Positions 1-10,250 of a stretch of DNA of 64,000 nucleotides are shown piece by piece. The first letter of the stretch is position 1; each line of letters starts with the position of its first letter. Under the pieces are notes generated by a model, which was not told the origin of the DNA, searched no databases, and was given only the letters and a program-made list of their open reading frames with translations. Source of the stretch: Daphnia carinata (Eukaryota); NCBI RefSeq assembly GCF_022539665.2, contig NC_081331.1:10850001-10914000 (forward strand). Direction: 5' to 3'. The position numbers and the translations under genes were made by a program.

Positions 1-3000
1 ATTACAGGTATAAACCAGTTAACTGAATCGTGAGATAGATCACATTATCAAAATGAGCGTGTTGAATATTTCATTGATTTAACGATGACAGGCAATCTTG
101 GCTGGGGAGTTTCGTGGTTCATTAACGGATTACTCATTCCCGAAGTGACTGTCGTTCGTGGCGAGACTTACACATTTGTGGTAGAAGGTGGCCAAGACCC
201 AGATCGCCCGTCTCGTTATCATCCATTCTACATTACAGATGATCCTGAAGGTGGTTATGAATTCAAAACACCCGACGAGAGATCTGTAAGCGACTTGCCA
301 TTAGAAACATCAAAGACACAAATAATAAAATCAAAACTGATTATACTCTCCGTTTGCAGAAAATCAGAATATTTGCTGGTGTAACTTACGACCGTGATGG
401 CAATCCCGTTTCATCGGCCCAGGGCCGCCTGTGTGAATGGGTCGAAGATCCTACCCAACCGGCCGACAAGTTCACCTCGTTCGGAGCTTATCAGAGAACA
501 TTGAAACTTCATTGTGAAGAAGGTGAACCAGCCATTATGCAATTTAAGCCGGACGTAAACACACCTGACACGGTTTACTATCAGGTTTGTTTGTTTTTGT
601 TTTTTTACTATTATTTCACTGAGAATGTCGTATCGATAACCTGTATGTTTCGTCATTCCTTACAGTCTTACGTCCACCGATATTTGGGCTGGAAAATCCG
701 AGTTGTTGACAGCTGCGACCTGGACCATAACAATCGCAAAGCTGGAACCTCAGGGCAACCATCCGATGCGTTCAGTCCAGCTTCCAAACGACCTTCAGAA
801 GACGAACAGAGAGAATATCCAGATTACTACGAGGACGATGTACCTCGAATTCCCGAGATTAAAAAAATCGATAACGTCGAACCTTCAAACACGATGGATT
901 TCGCGCCGGAATATCGAGCACCTGAAAGCGAATTCTTTCCGGAAAATGCGTTCGGTAGCCACTTCCCATCTGAGTTCGAAGATTTTTTCAGAGATTCAGG
1001 TTTTGGCAGCAGAGATGAGGGCAGACCTGTTCCACAACGGACTACGGTACCGCCGCAGCGTCCTACAGCGCCGCCGCCGCGTCCCACAGCACCAACACGT
1101 CCCACAGTACCGCAACGATATTATTCAACTCAAGCACCAACTGCGCCTCCTACAGCACCGCCAACATTACCTCCAGTTAAACCAACTAAACCAGCACCTG
1201 CCGTTGTGAGACCAACCGAACCACCTCGCCAGATTGCACCGCAGGTCGCCGTTAAGGCAGAAGAACAGAAACCCCACATCAATATTCCCATCCCTGGGCC
1301 GGTGAAGCAGCTGACTAAGCTAATCCAACACACGTCCAATTTCCGCCAGCGACCCAATTTGCAACATCACCAGAGAGAACCATTGCCTAATCAAGAACCT
1401 GCCGAACCCCGTCCGTTGATTCCCGATAGGCAGCAAGATAGGTCGGCGCAATCAGAAAGGCCAGCGTGGAGCCCGCCGTCAAACGAACAGCATAATAATA
1501 ATTTCAATGCCAAGGAAGTTATTCCTACAAGAATTAATCCACCACCTGTTCAGTCTTACTCGTTCAATCCGCAAGCCGGAGGTGTTTTCAACCCGAATAC
1601 TATCATCCTGGAGAGCGGATTCAAACCTATACGTAACGTGGATGGACCTATACCTCCGCTAGGATTTGACGTCGAACCTCAGAACGTGGAAGGGAAAGGC
1701 ATCGGCGCTGAAGATCCGAGGGTCACCAGCGAATCACCTAGTCTAGTCACGTTGGATCCAGTTTTCGTCGCATCCGAACAAGATCACCGCAGACCGAAGG
1801 AACCCGTACCGATTACATTACCAAAGGCTGTTGTTCCAGTTGTCCCAGGACCGTCTATGCCAGCTCCGAGGTTCCCTCCGCACCACGAAGCCAATCATCA
1901 AGTGAATCATCCCAGTCCGCAGCAATTTAAACCGCACCCGACGCCTCCAACGCTTCCCGCACAACGTCCGCAACCCCGTCCTCCTCAGTTTAGCGGACAG
2001 GAGGCGAACGCACGTCCTCATTCACCTCCTGTTCCTCCTCCTGCCCGCAAGAAATCTTCTGGATTAGCTGCGTTCTTCAACTTTGGTGGCAATCGCCGTA
2101 AGGAACAGAATGTTCCTCCTTTGGCCACACCGATCGCTACTGCCGGATCTCCTTCAGTTAACAGGTAAGAGGGTTCCTTGACCTCGAGCGATCAAATAAC
2201 TTGTCAAAACCGATAGAATTGATTTTAATTATCGTGCTTTTTGTAACAGGCCTTCATTTAGTTGGCAACCACAGAATGGTCCAGTGCTTCAGAGACATCC
2301 AGTTCCACAAGCTGGATGGACCCGAGAACAGCAGCCGTCTCATCAGCAACCTCAGCAAGGTGCACATTTTCAAAGACCGTTTCCTGGCGCCGGACAAAGC
2401 CGTGCAGGTGAACAACCGCTATCTCTACAGCAACGCCAACAACAAGAGGAGAAATTAAGGAACCGGAATAATCCAGCACAAAACCGGCCGTCTTCACAAC
2501 CGCATTCGAAGCCGAGTCAAGGCTTAACGGGTCTTCTTCAACGATTCCTCGGCAACGGTGGCGATCGTCGCAAAGATAACACTCGGCCACAGTCCGACAG
2601 CAAATCAGACATTCCTCATGCCGTACACAAAGGTCCTCCCCCTGTTGCGATAAATGGTAAAGCAGATTTGCCATTCCCACCTGAAGTGAGCTTCCAAGGA
2701 TCAGTTCCGCCCATTATCATCTCGAAGGTGCAAGCCGCCACTCGTCCTAACTTTGAAGGCGTGCGACGTTCCGAGCGACCGCTGAATAAGAAACTGAACG
2801 TTTTAGATCCTTTTTCAGCTTCGATTATAGGCGGTGGTTCGGTTCTTGGTACTGCTGGAAAGCCCGTCATCAGCGATGCTGAAAGAGCTCAATTAGAAAG
2901 ATTTCTATTTGGCCCGTCAGAACAGTACACACCGCGATCATTCTCTTCTGAATCTTTATTGAGGTAAGAAAATTCATTATGGTTTATAAGCTTCACGTCT

Positions 3001-3652
3001 CTTACCGAGCAACGCATGTGTTTTATTATTACTATAATCTATTCGTTTTTTTTTTATAATCCTTGAAGCAACTTCGAGGATTGGCTATCAGGTGAAGCTC
3101 CATCAGAAATGCTGCTGAGGTAAGAACAATGAGAGACATCAGTTTTTTCTTTTTCACTGACTTGTTATTCGAAAAGGTGTTGACATTTTTGGTTTTGATC
3201 TTTGTAGTAAAATCGCTGAGGTGTTGTCCCGTGAAGCTTCGACTGACACAGCTGCCGAAGAAGATAGCACAGCAGAACCAGAGCTTTCAACCGATGTATC
3301 AACGACCGAGGATGGAGATGTAGCATCCGCCGATGAAAAATCGCACAATGTTTTGTCTGATGCTGAAGCTGACCATGAGGGAGTCAAACCAGTTGGTAGC
3401 GAATCAGAGAGAAGAAAGCGACAAGTCGACGACAGTGATCATCGAAATGATAACCAACACTTAGATCAACTACCCCAGGAGTTGGATTCTAGCCAGCTAC
3501 CGGTTGAACACCGCGGATTGGACGACGAGGAGGATGTCCAAGATCAGCAAAATGAAAAGAACGGCTCAACTACTTTCGCTTCCTGGTTCTCGTTGTCTTC
3601 GGCACTGCTCTTGTTTGTTGGCTTTACCAGATTTCACTTGAATCATTTTTGA
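1..3652 (+). CDS. Skeletor/knickkopf-family (DM13/DOMON-type) protein, 3' part: conserved C-terminal domain, long Pro/Gln-rich region, basic RRKR site and hydrophobic, possibly GPI-signal, tail. Multi-exon and 5'-partial.
   Basis: ORF 85-384 has GWGVSWFINGLLIPEVTVVRGETYTFVVEGGQDP..YHPFYITDDPEGG and ORF 354- has GRLCEW..FGAYQRTLKLHC..TPDTVYYQ, typical of Skeletor/Knk proteins. GT-AG introns link ORFs 85, 354, 2284 and 3221; stop at 3650-3652 after ..SWFSLSSALLLFVGFTRFHLNHF. Confidence 0.8.
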
Positions 3653-4204
3653 TGAGATCTTCGTCTTCCCAACTTCCTTGTTGTAAATAATTGCCAATAA
3701 GCAACCGACTGATTAGAGCAAATAGCTCAGCTTGGATTGCAAACAAAAATGGTTGGGTTTCACTTTTTGCATAACAGATCCAAAAAAAATGAGTTTTTTT
3801 TATAATCTGCAACTTTAATTTATTCGCTTATTTATATTCTTTTGTCCTGGTTCGAAATTTGGTATTAGATAACTGCTATAAGGGATGTCTTGTTTTGCAG
3901 TTTGTGTTTTTGTGCACATCCTTCTTGCAAAACTACCTGATTTCTGATGGAATTCATTAAGTGGCAATACACACAATTGGGAACTTTCAGGTTTCTATTT
4001 CAACTGCAACCCAGAAACAAAATCAAATGGCAGTACGTATAGTAGCCAGGCAACTCTTAATTAGATCTTAATTATTTTTCTTGGAATTAGAGTAAAATTC
4101 AAAGTCAATTTTCGTGATTCTCGTTGATAAGAAACAGCTACCTGTAGGCAGCCACAGCCCACAAGTAGTCGCGGTTGGCCCTATCATCAAAGCTTCTAGT
4201 GTAT

Positions 4205-6455
4205 GGCAATCCGTTTTACATAAAAAAAAAAAAAAAAAATGGCGGAAAAAAAAAAAAAAATCGGACTTTTTTCTTTTTTTCCGACACGTAGCCATCTACC
4301 GCTCAGACTCGTTATTACTGGCGTAGGCAATTTCAGTCCATTGGATGCCATTCGCAGTTAGTTCAGTAGCGTGGATGAGAGAATAACGCGTGAATGGAGG
4401 AACAAATGAAAAATGGATAAGATAATACAACAAAAGGATGGTAAGTATAAACATTATTATATTGGTTTTCAATTATTAATTATTGTTTATTAGATCAAAT
4501 TATGAAGCTGCAGGCCCAATTATTGGAACAACACAAAATATTAGATAACAGCAAATCTAAGGATGGTAAGGCCTTATACGTAATGATTCTATTTATTTGC
4601 TTTTATTCATTTGTGTTTTGTAGCTCAAATTTTGAGTGTACAAGCTCAGCTAGGGGAAAAGAACAAATTGGAATGGAAGAGTTTCCAAACAGTGAAGGAG
4701 GTTTTTCCAAACTCATCCCTAACTGAACATGAGGATGAATTGGCATTAGGCGAACACAGTCAGGTACCTAAACTTTTCAAATAAGAATTCAAAATAAGTA
4801 TAGAATTTTAAAAAACCATTATTTATTGTTTAGTTATTAGTCTACCACCTGACAGTGTGTTAAAGTTAAATTCTGTTAGTGCTGCACTAAAAGAATGGTT
4901 AGTAATAAGTCCATGCAGCGAAGGAATTGAACAATTGTGGGACCGTATTTGGGCTGAAAATGGGTGTGGTACGGAAACCCAGAAATAGCACGAGTTCAAC
5001 ATAAAACATGAATTAGGTACTTTTTGGTTTTTTGTCTATCGAAACAGTATTTTTAATGCTATTATTTTGCATTCACAGAATTCTAGTGGGGGATCAAGTC
5101 AAGTCTAGATGTGTTACAGGATGGAAGAGTGAGCCTACAGTTGAAAAACACTGAAAGTGCATTACCATTAAGGTATGAGGTAAAGTAATAGAGTATGCAA
5201 ATTGTCTAATGAGAAGTACCATCTTGTGTTAATGAATCCTGTGTAACAGCAATCCTTTATAGTTCTGTTATAGCTAGAAGCCTCAAATAATTCTGCTTCT
5301 CTTCTAAAGAACAACTTGTCCTTTACACTCAGAGTGTTGGGAAACTGGGTACTTAAATGGCACTAAAGATGTTTTCACTTCACTGCTATTGCAGAGATGA
5401 ACATCATACATGGACTCTTTAGGTATGAAAGGATTTTCTGGAAAAATTTTTGAATTTATGATGAAGCTTTTCTCCTCCTTTTTGCCAACCATGTCTAATC
5501 TACAAAAAAAATTTATCCAATAGGAAAGGATTTTCAGCATACTGGGAACACAACTATCAACAATGCAACATTCTAGGGGTGTTATTTTATCCTTCAAGAG
5601 CCTTATACAATGATTTTCATCTACAATTTGTATGGCCTTTCCCGAGCTTCTGCCAGAAGTTGAATCTATGAGTCATGTAAGTTCCATGATCAACAATTGA
5701 TGTGTTTAACGGTGTTGTTTTTCTTTTCTCAATATAGGTTAATAGTAACATTGGATCTGAAAAGATTCTTGGTTGGGGCAAGACACTGAATAAATTGTAT
5801 TGATTGGATGGATGACATGACATTGCTATACTTAATTCGGATTCCCCAGACGGTATTTGATATTAAAAAAATTGAAGTGCATATCTGGGCTCCCTTCTTT
5901 TCTGAAGCCCCGTTTCCCCTTGACTCATAATAAGCCCGTAGGGGGTCATGCCCCTACTGTACGGTATATATAAAAACAACATATACCGAGGTTTGGAGGG
6001 CTCTGGCCGGAAAGGGGACGTGGGGTGCCGCTTCGTCCGATGATGTGTTCACGGAGGGTGACGTGGCTGCCCACAAATCCGAACTAAAGGTTAATCGCTC
6101 CTGTAAAAATGTTCCAAATCTTCAGCTCTTCTTCCGGCTTCTCTTAGCCAATCACCGGGTAATCTCCCCGGTGGGTCAACAAGGCAGTGTCTCCCCCTGC
6201 CTGGGTTGACGGCAACTTTTGAAAGGGCTATTGTGCCTTTTTAAAGTTGCAAAAATAATTGTAATGTGCAGAGAATTATCAATAAATTTTTTTTTATAAA
6301 ATATTTTTTGCAAAATTCGTTCCTTTCATTGTCTTTGTTAGCTTTGTTCACACATTGCATTTATCAATTTTTTTTTGGCTTTGCTTTATTTGTTTTTGTC
6401 ACATTAGATGGTAAGGTGACGGGTATTGGTTTATCGTTTATCTGTAAGCATTCTA
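4205..6455. repeat. Left arm of the long inverted repeat
   Basis: Reverse-complement match to 6960-9221 read by eye, e.g. ATTGGTTTATCGTTTATCTGTAAG at 6425-6448 vs 6967-6990. Confidence 0.95.
4413..4988 (+). pseudogene. Frameshifted copy of the spliced orphan gene, in the left arm
   Basis: Same four exons as the right-arm copy, but exon 4 begins TTATTAGTCTA instead of TTATTCAATCTA (1 nt shorter). Either available AG acceptor then gives an early stop. Confidence 0.55.
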
Positions 6456-6460
6456 TTATT

Positions 6461-6527
6461 ATCCAGGGATCGAACCCTGGATGTTCGGCATACCTCGCCG
6501 ATGCTCTACCAATGAGCCACAAATCAT
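6461..6527 (-). pseudogene. tRNA-like element (A and B boxes, anticodon arm, no acceptor stem)
   Basis: Minus strand GTGGCTCATTGGTAGAGC A TCGGC GAGGTAT GCCGA AC ATCCAGGG TTCGAT CCCTGGAT: D-arm, anticodon stem and T-arm are present. Confidence 0.7.
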
Positions 6528-6650
6528 ATGATTTTAAGTTGGCTTTTTTTTCTAGTCACTTGTGGACTTGCATTTACACTTAGAATAAAACTGAAATGCA
6601 ATTCTGTAATATACTCTTCTACATTATTCTACTTCATTTTTACACATCTA

Positions 6651-6713
6651 CTGAGGTTTGAACCCAGGGTAACAGGTATCGCAGATAAAACCTCTACCAC
6701 AGAGCTAAGAACC
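6651..6713 (-). pseudogene. Degenerate tRNA-like element near the palindrome centre
   Basis: Minus strand TAGCTCTGTGGTAGAGG..TATC TGC GATA..CTGGGTTCAAACCTCAG; A- and B-box-like motifs. Confidence 0.55.
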
Positions 6714-6810
6714 TTATGGAAGCAATAGAAAGATAAACATATAGTTGTGAAAGACTGCATAAACATCCTAGACGATAACATATGATATGCGATAATAAAA
6801 TATTTAGATA

Positions 6811-6881
6811 TATCTTGTGGCTCAATGTTAGAGCATCGGCGTTGCACGCTGAATGTCTGGGGATCGGTTCCCATACGAGTA
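6811..6881 (+). pseudogene. tRNA-Ala(TGC)-like element
   Basis: GTGGCTCAATGTTAGAGC A TCGGC GTTGCAC GCTGA ATGTC TGGGGATCGGTTCCCA; an inverted homologue of 6461-6527. Confidence 0.65.
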
Positions 6882-6959
6882 AAACATAATACAAAATTAC
6901 TTCATAAAATATCCAGATTGTTACTTAAATCTAAGTTGAAGAATTCAAAGAGTGTAATA

Positions 6960-9221
6960 AATAATACTTACAGATAAACGATAAACCAATGGAAACAATG
7001 CTTACCATCAAAGGTGACAAAAACAATAAAGGTGAATTATGCAAGCTAAATATAAAAAGTGTAACGTGTAAACACAGCGAATACAGACAATGAAAGAACC
7101 GAAGTTTGCAAAAAATATTTTATAAAAAAATTTTTATTGACAATTCTCTGCACATTACAATTATTTTTGCAACTTTAAAAAGGCACAATAGCCCTTTCAA
7201 AAGTTGCCGTCAACCCAGGCAGGGGGAGACACTGCCTTGTTGACCCACCGGGGAGATTACCCGGTGATTGGCTAAGAGAAGCCGGAAGAAGAGCTGAAGA
7301 TTTGGAACATTTTTACAGGAGCGATTAACCTTTAGTTCGGATTTGTGGGCAGCCACGTCACCCTCCGTGAACACATCATCGGACGAAGCGGCACCCCACG
7401 TCCCCTTTCCGGCCAGAGCCCTCCAAACCTCGGTATATGTTGTTTTTATATATACCGTACAGTAGGGGCATGACCCCCTACGGGCTTATTATGAGTCAAG
7501 GGGAAACGGGGCTTCAGAAAAGAAGGGAGCCCAGATATGCACTTCAATTTTTTTAATATCAAATACCGTCTGGGGAATCCGAATTAAGTATAGCAATGTC
7601 ATGTCATCCATCCAATCAATACAATTTATTCAGTGTCTTGCCCCAACCAAGAATCTTTTCAGATCCAATGTTACTATTAACCTATATTGAGAAAAGAAAA
7701 ACAACACCGTTAAACACATCAATTGTTGATCATGGAACTTACATGAATCATAGATTCAACTTCTGGTGGAAGCTTGGGAAAGGACATACAAATTGCAGAT
7801 TAACTTCATTGTATAAGGCTCTTGAATGATAAACTAGCACCTGTAGAATGTTGCATTGTTGATAGTTGTGTTCCCAGTACATGAAAATCCTTTCCTATTG
7901 GATAAAAATTTTTTTTGGTAGATAAGACCTGGTTGGCAAAAAGGAGGAGAAATTCTTCGTCATAAATTCAAAATTATTTGAAGAAAAATCCTTTCATACC
8001 TAAAGAGTCCATGTATGATGTTCATCTCTGCAATAGCAGCAAAATTAAAACATCTTTAGTGCCATTTAAGTACCCAGTTTCCCCAACACTCTGGACGTAA
8101 AGGACAAGTTGTTCTTTAGACAGAGAAGCAGAATTATTTGAGGCTTCTAGCTATAACAGAACTATAAAGGATTGCTGTTGTACTGGATTCATTAACACAA
8201 GATGGTACTTCTCATTAGACAATTTGCATACTCTATTACTTTACCTCATACCTTAATGGTAATGCACTTTCAGTGTTTTTCAACTGTAGGCTCACTCTTC
8301 CATCCTGTAACACATCTAGACTTGACTTGATCCCCCACTAGAATTCTGTGAATGCAAAATAATAGCATTAAAAATACTGTTTCGATAGACAAAAAACCGA
8401 AAAGTACCTAATTCATGTTTTATGTTGAACTCGTGCTATTTCTGGGTTTCCGTACCACACCCATTTTCAGCCCAAATACGGTCCCACAATTGTTCAATTC
8501 CTTCGCTGCATGGACTTATTACTAACAATTCTTTTAGTGCAGCACTAACAGAATTTAACTTTAACACACTGTCAGGTGGTAGATTGAATAACTAAGCAAT
8601 AAATAATTGTTTGTTAAAATTCTATACTTATTTTGAATTCTTATTTGAAAAGTTTATGTACCTGACTGTGTTCGCCTAATGCCAATTCATCCTCATGTTC
8701 AGTTAGGGATGAGTTTGGAAAAACCTCCTTCACTGTTTGGAAACTCTTCCATTCCAATTTGTTCTTTTCCAATAGCTGAGCTTGTACACTCAAAATTTGA
8801 GCTACAAAACACAAATGAATAAAAGCAAATAAATAGAATCATTACGTATAAGCCCTTACCATCCTTAGCTTTGCTGTTATCTAATATTTTGTGTTGTTCC
8901 AATAATTGGGCCTGCAGCTTCATAATTTGATCTAATAAACAATAATTAATAATTGAAAACCAATATAATAATGTTTATACTTACCATCCTTTTGTTGTAT
9001 TATCTTATCCATTTTTCAAATGTTCCTCCAGCCACGCGTTATTCTCTCCATCCACGCTACTGAACTAACTGCGAATGGCATCCAATGGACTGAAATTGCC
9101 TACGCCAGTAATAACGAGTCTGAGCGGTAGATGGCTACGTGTCGGAAAAAAAGAAAAAAGTGTGATTTTTTTTTTTTTTTTGGCGAAATATTTTTTTTTT
9201 TTTTGTGTAAAACGGATTGCC
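6960..9221. repeat. Right arm of the long inverted repeat
   Basis: Reverse complement of 4205-6455. Confidence 0.95.
8436..9012 (-). CDS. Putative 4-exon, ~131 aa orphan protein with an N-terminal coiled-coil-like exon repeat, in the right arm
   Basis: Exons of 28, 72, 140 and 156 nt with phase-compatible GT-AG introns give MDKIIQQKD DQIMKLQAQLLEQHKILDNSKAKD AQILSVQAQLLEKNKLEWKSF..GEHSQ LFNLPPDSVLKLNS..ETQK*. Exons 2 and 3 start with homologous repeats. Confidence 0.5.
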
Positions 9222-9316
9222 ATATAGTAAAACGGATTGCTATAAATCGCACGCTACCGAACATTTAAAAATATTGGCATTGTCTCTGTTTTACTGATAT
9301 CTACCGGTCATATTTC

Positions 9317-10025
9317 TTGGCTTATATATATTTGTTTAATTTCATTTTGACTCTTTAGGGAATTGAACCCTTGATTTCCGGCGTGCGACGCCGATGCTCA
9401 ACCATAGCGCCACGAGTCTTGCCAACTTTATTACTATTTTTCCATATGTTTTGAAGGAAACCTATTTGCACTTGTAATAATATTGTTGTCGGTTTGTTTG
9501 GGTTGCACTTCATGGAGTTTCTAGAACTTTTGGTGCGTTAATGATATTCGATTGTATTCATGCATTATATATAAAATTTGCCATTTTGGTTTACATATAT
9601 TTGTTTATTTTCATTTTGACTGTTTAGGAAATTATACCCTTGATTTCCGGCGTGCGACGCCGATGCTCAACCATACAGCCACGAGTCTTGTCAATTGTAT
9701 AGCTATTTTTCCATATCTTTTGAAGGAAACCTATTTGCACTTGTAATAAGATTGTTGTGGGTTTGTTTGGGTTGCACTTCATGGAGTTTCTGAACTTTTG
9801 GTGCGTTAATGATATTCGATTGTATTCATCCATTATATATAAAATTTACCATTTTGGTTTACATATATTTGTTTATTTTCATCTTGACTCTTAAAGGGAT
9901 CAAACCCTTGATTTCCGTCGTGCGACGTCGACGCTCAACCATAGAGCCACGAGTGTTGTAAATTAGTTAACTATTTTTCCATGTTTTTTTAAGGAAACCT
10001 ATTTGCGGTTGTAATAATATTGTTA
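9317..10025 (-). repeat. Tandem array of ~2.6 units of ~268-269 bp, each carrying a tRNA-Ala(CGC)-like cloverleaf (9349-9418, 9618-9687, 9886-9955)
   Basis: ACCCTTGATTTCC recurs at ~9367, ~9636 and ~9904. Minus-strand consensus GACTCG TG GCTC TATGGTT GAGC A TCGGC GTCGCAC GCCGG AAATC AAGGG TTCAATT CCCTA AAGAGTC, with acceptor pairing GACTC/GAGTC. Confidence 0.85.
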
Positions 10026-10179
10026 TGAGCCCCAATGTTTTTTTTCCGTCTCGGAATATCTCGGTTTCCCAATATTTTCCGTCTCGGAATGTCACCTATA
10101 AATACAATAGAGTTATACATTTTTTGTACAAAGAAGTATTGCCTACAGTGGGAACCGTAACTCAACTCTCTGGCACAGA

Positions 10180-10250
10180 GGATCCAGACGTGATTCGAAC
10201 TCTTGACTTTCAATTCCCGCGGTCAGACGCTCTACCTCAGAGCTAGTAGT
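10180..10250 (-). pseudogene. Degenerate tRNA-like element
   Basis: Minus strand TAGCTCTGAGGTAGAGC (A box) ... GAGTTCGAATC (B box); anticodon and acceptor stems pair poorly. Confidence 0.5.

Larger units (their letters stand above)
4205..9221. mobile_element. Foldback (long inverted repeat) element, ~5.0 kb, no recognisable transposase
   Basis: 4205-~6340 is the reverse complement of ~7085-9221: the ORFs MKLQAQLLEQHK.. and MSCHPSNQ.. appear mirrored on both strands. Termini are GGCAATCCGTTTTAC / GTAAAACGGATTGCC, flanked by AT (or TA if the ends are TG..CA). Degenerate homology continues inward to ~6455/~6960. Confidence 0.8.

Noticed and set aside
5304..5823. ORFs MSCHPSNQ.. and MKDKITPLE.. 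(mirrored at 7596-7829) as a transposase
   Set aside because: No DDE, THAP, BED or YqaJ motif recognisable, and the frames break differently in the two arms; kept only as unassigned relic coding-like sequence.
6030..6060. Hammerhead-like GTCCGATGA motif in the arm hairpin cluster
   Set aside because: Lacks the CTGATGA core and a properly placed GAAA with three stems.
6461..9955. Calling the cloverleafs functional tRNA genes
   Set aside because: Incomplete acceptor stems, G at position 32 with closed anticodon loops, and 6-nt or mutated T-loops.
9317..10025. CRISPR-like repeat-spacer array
   Set aside because: Whole units, including the spacers, are homologous; eukaryotic context; no cas genes.
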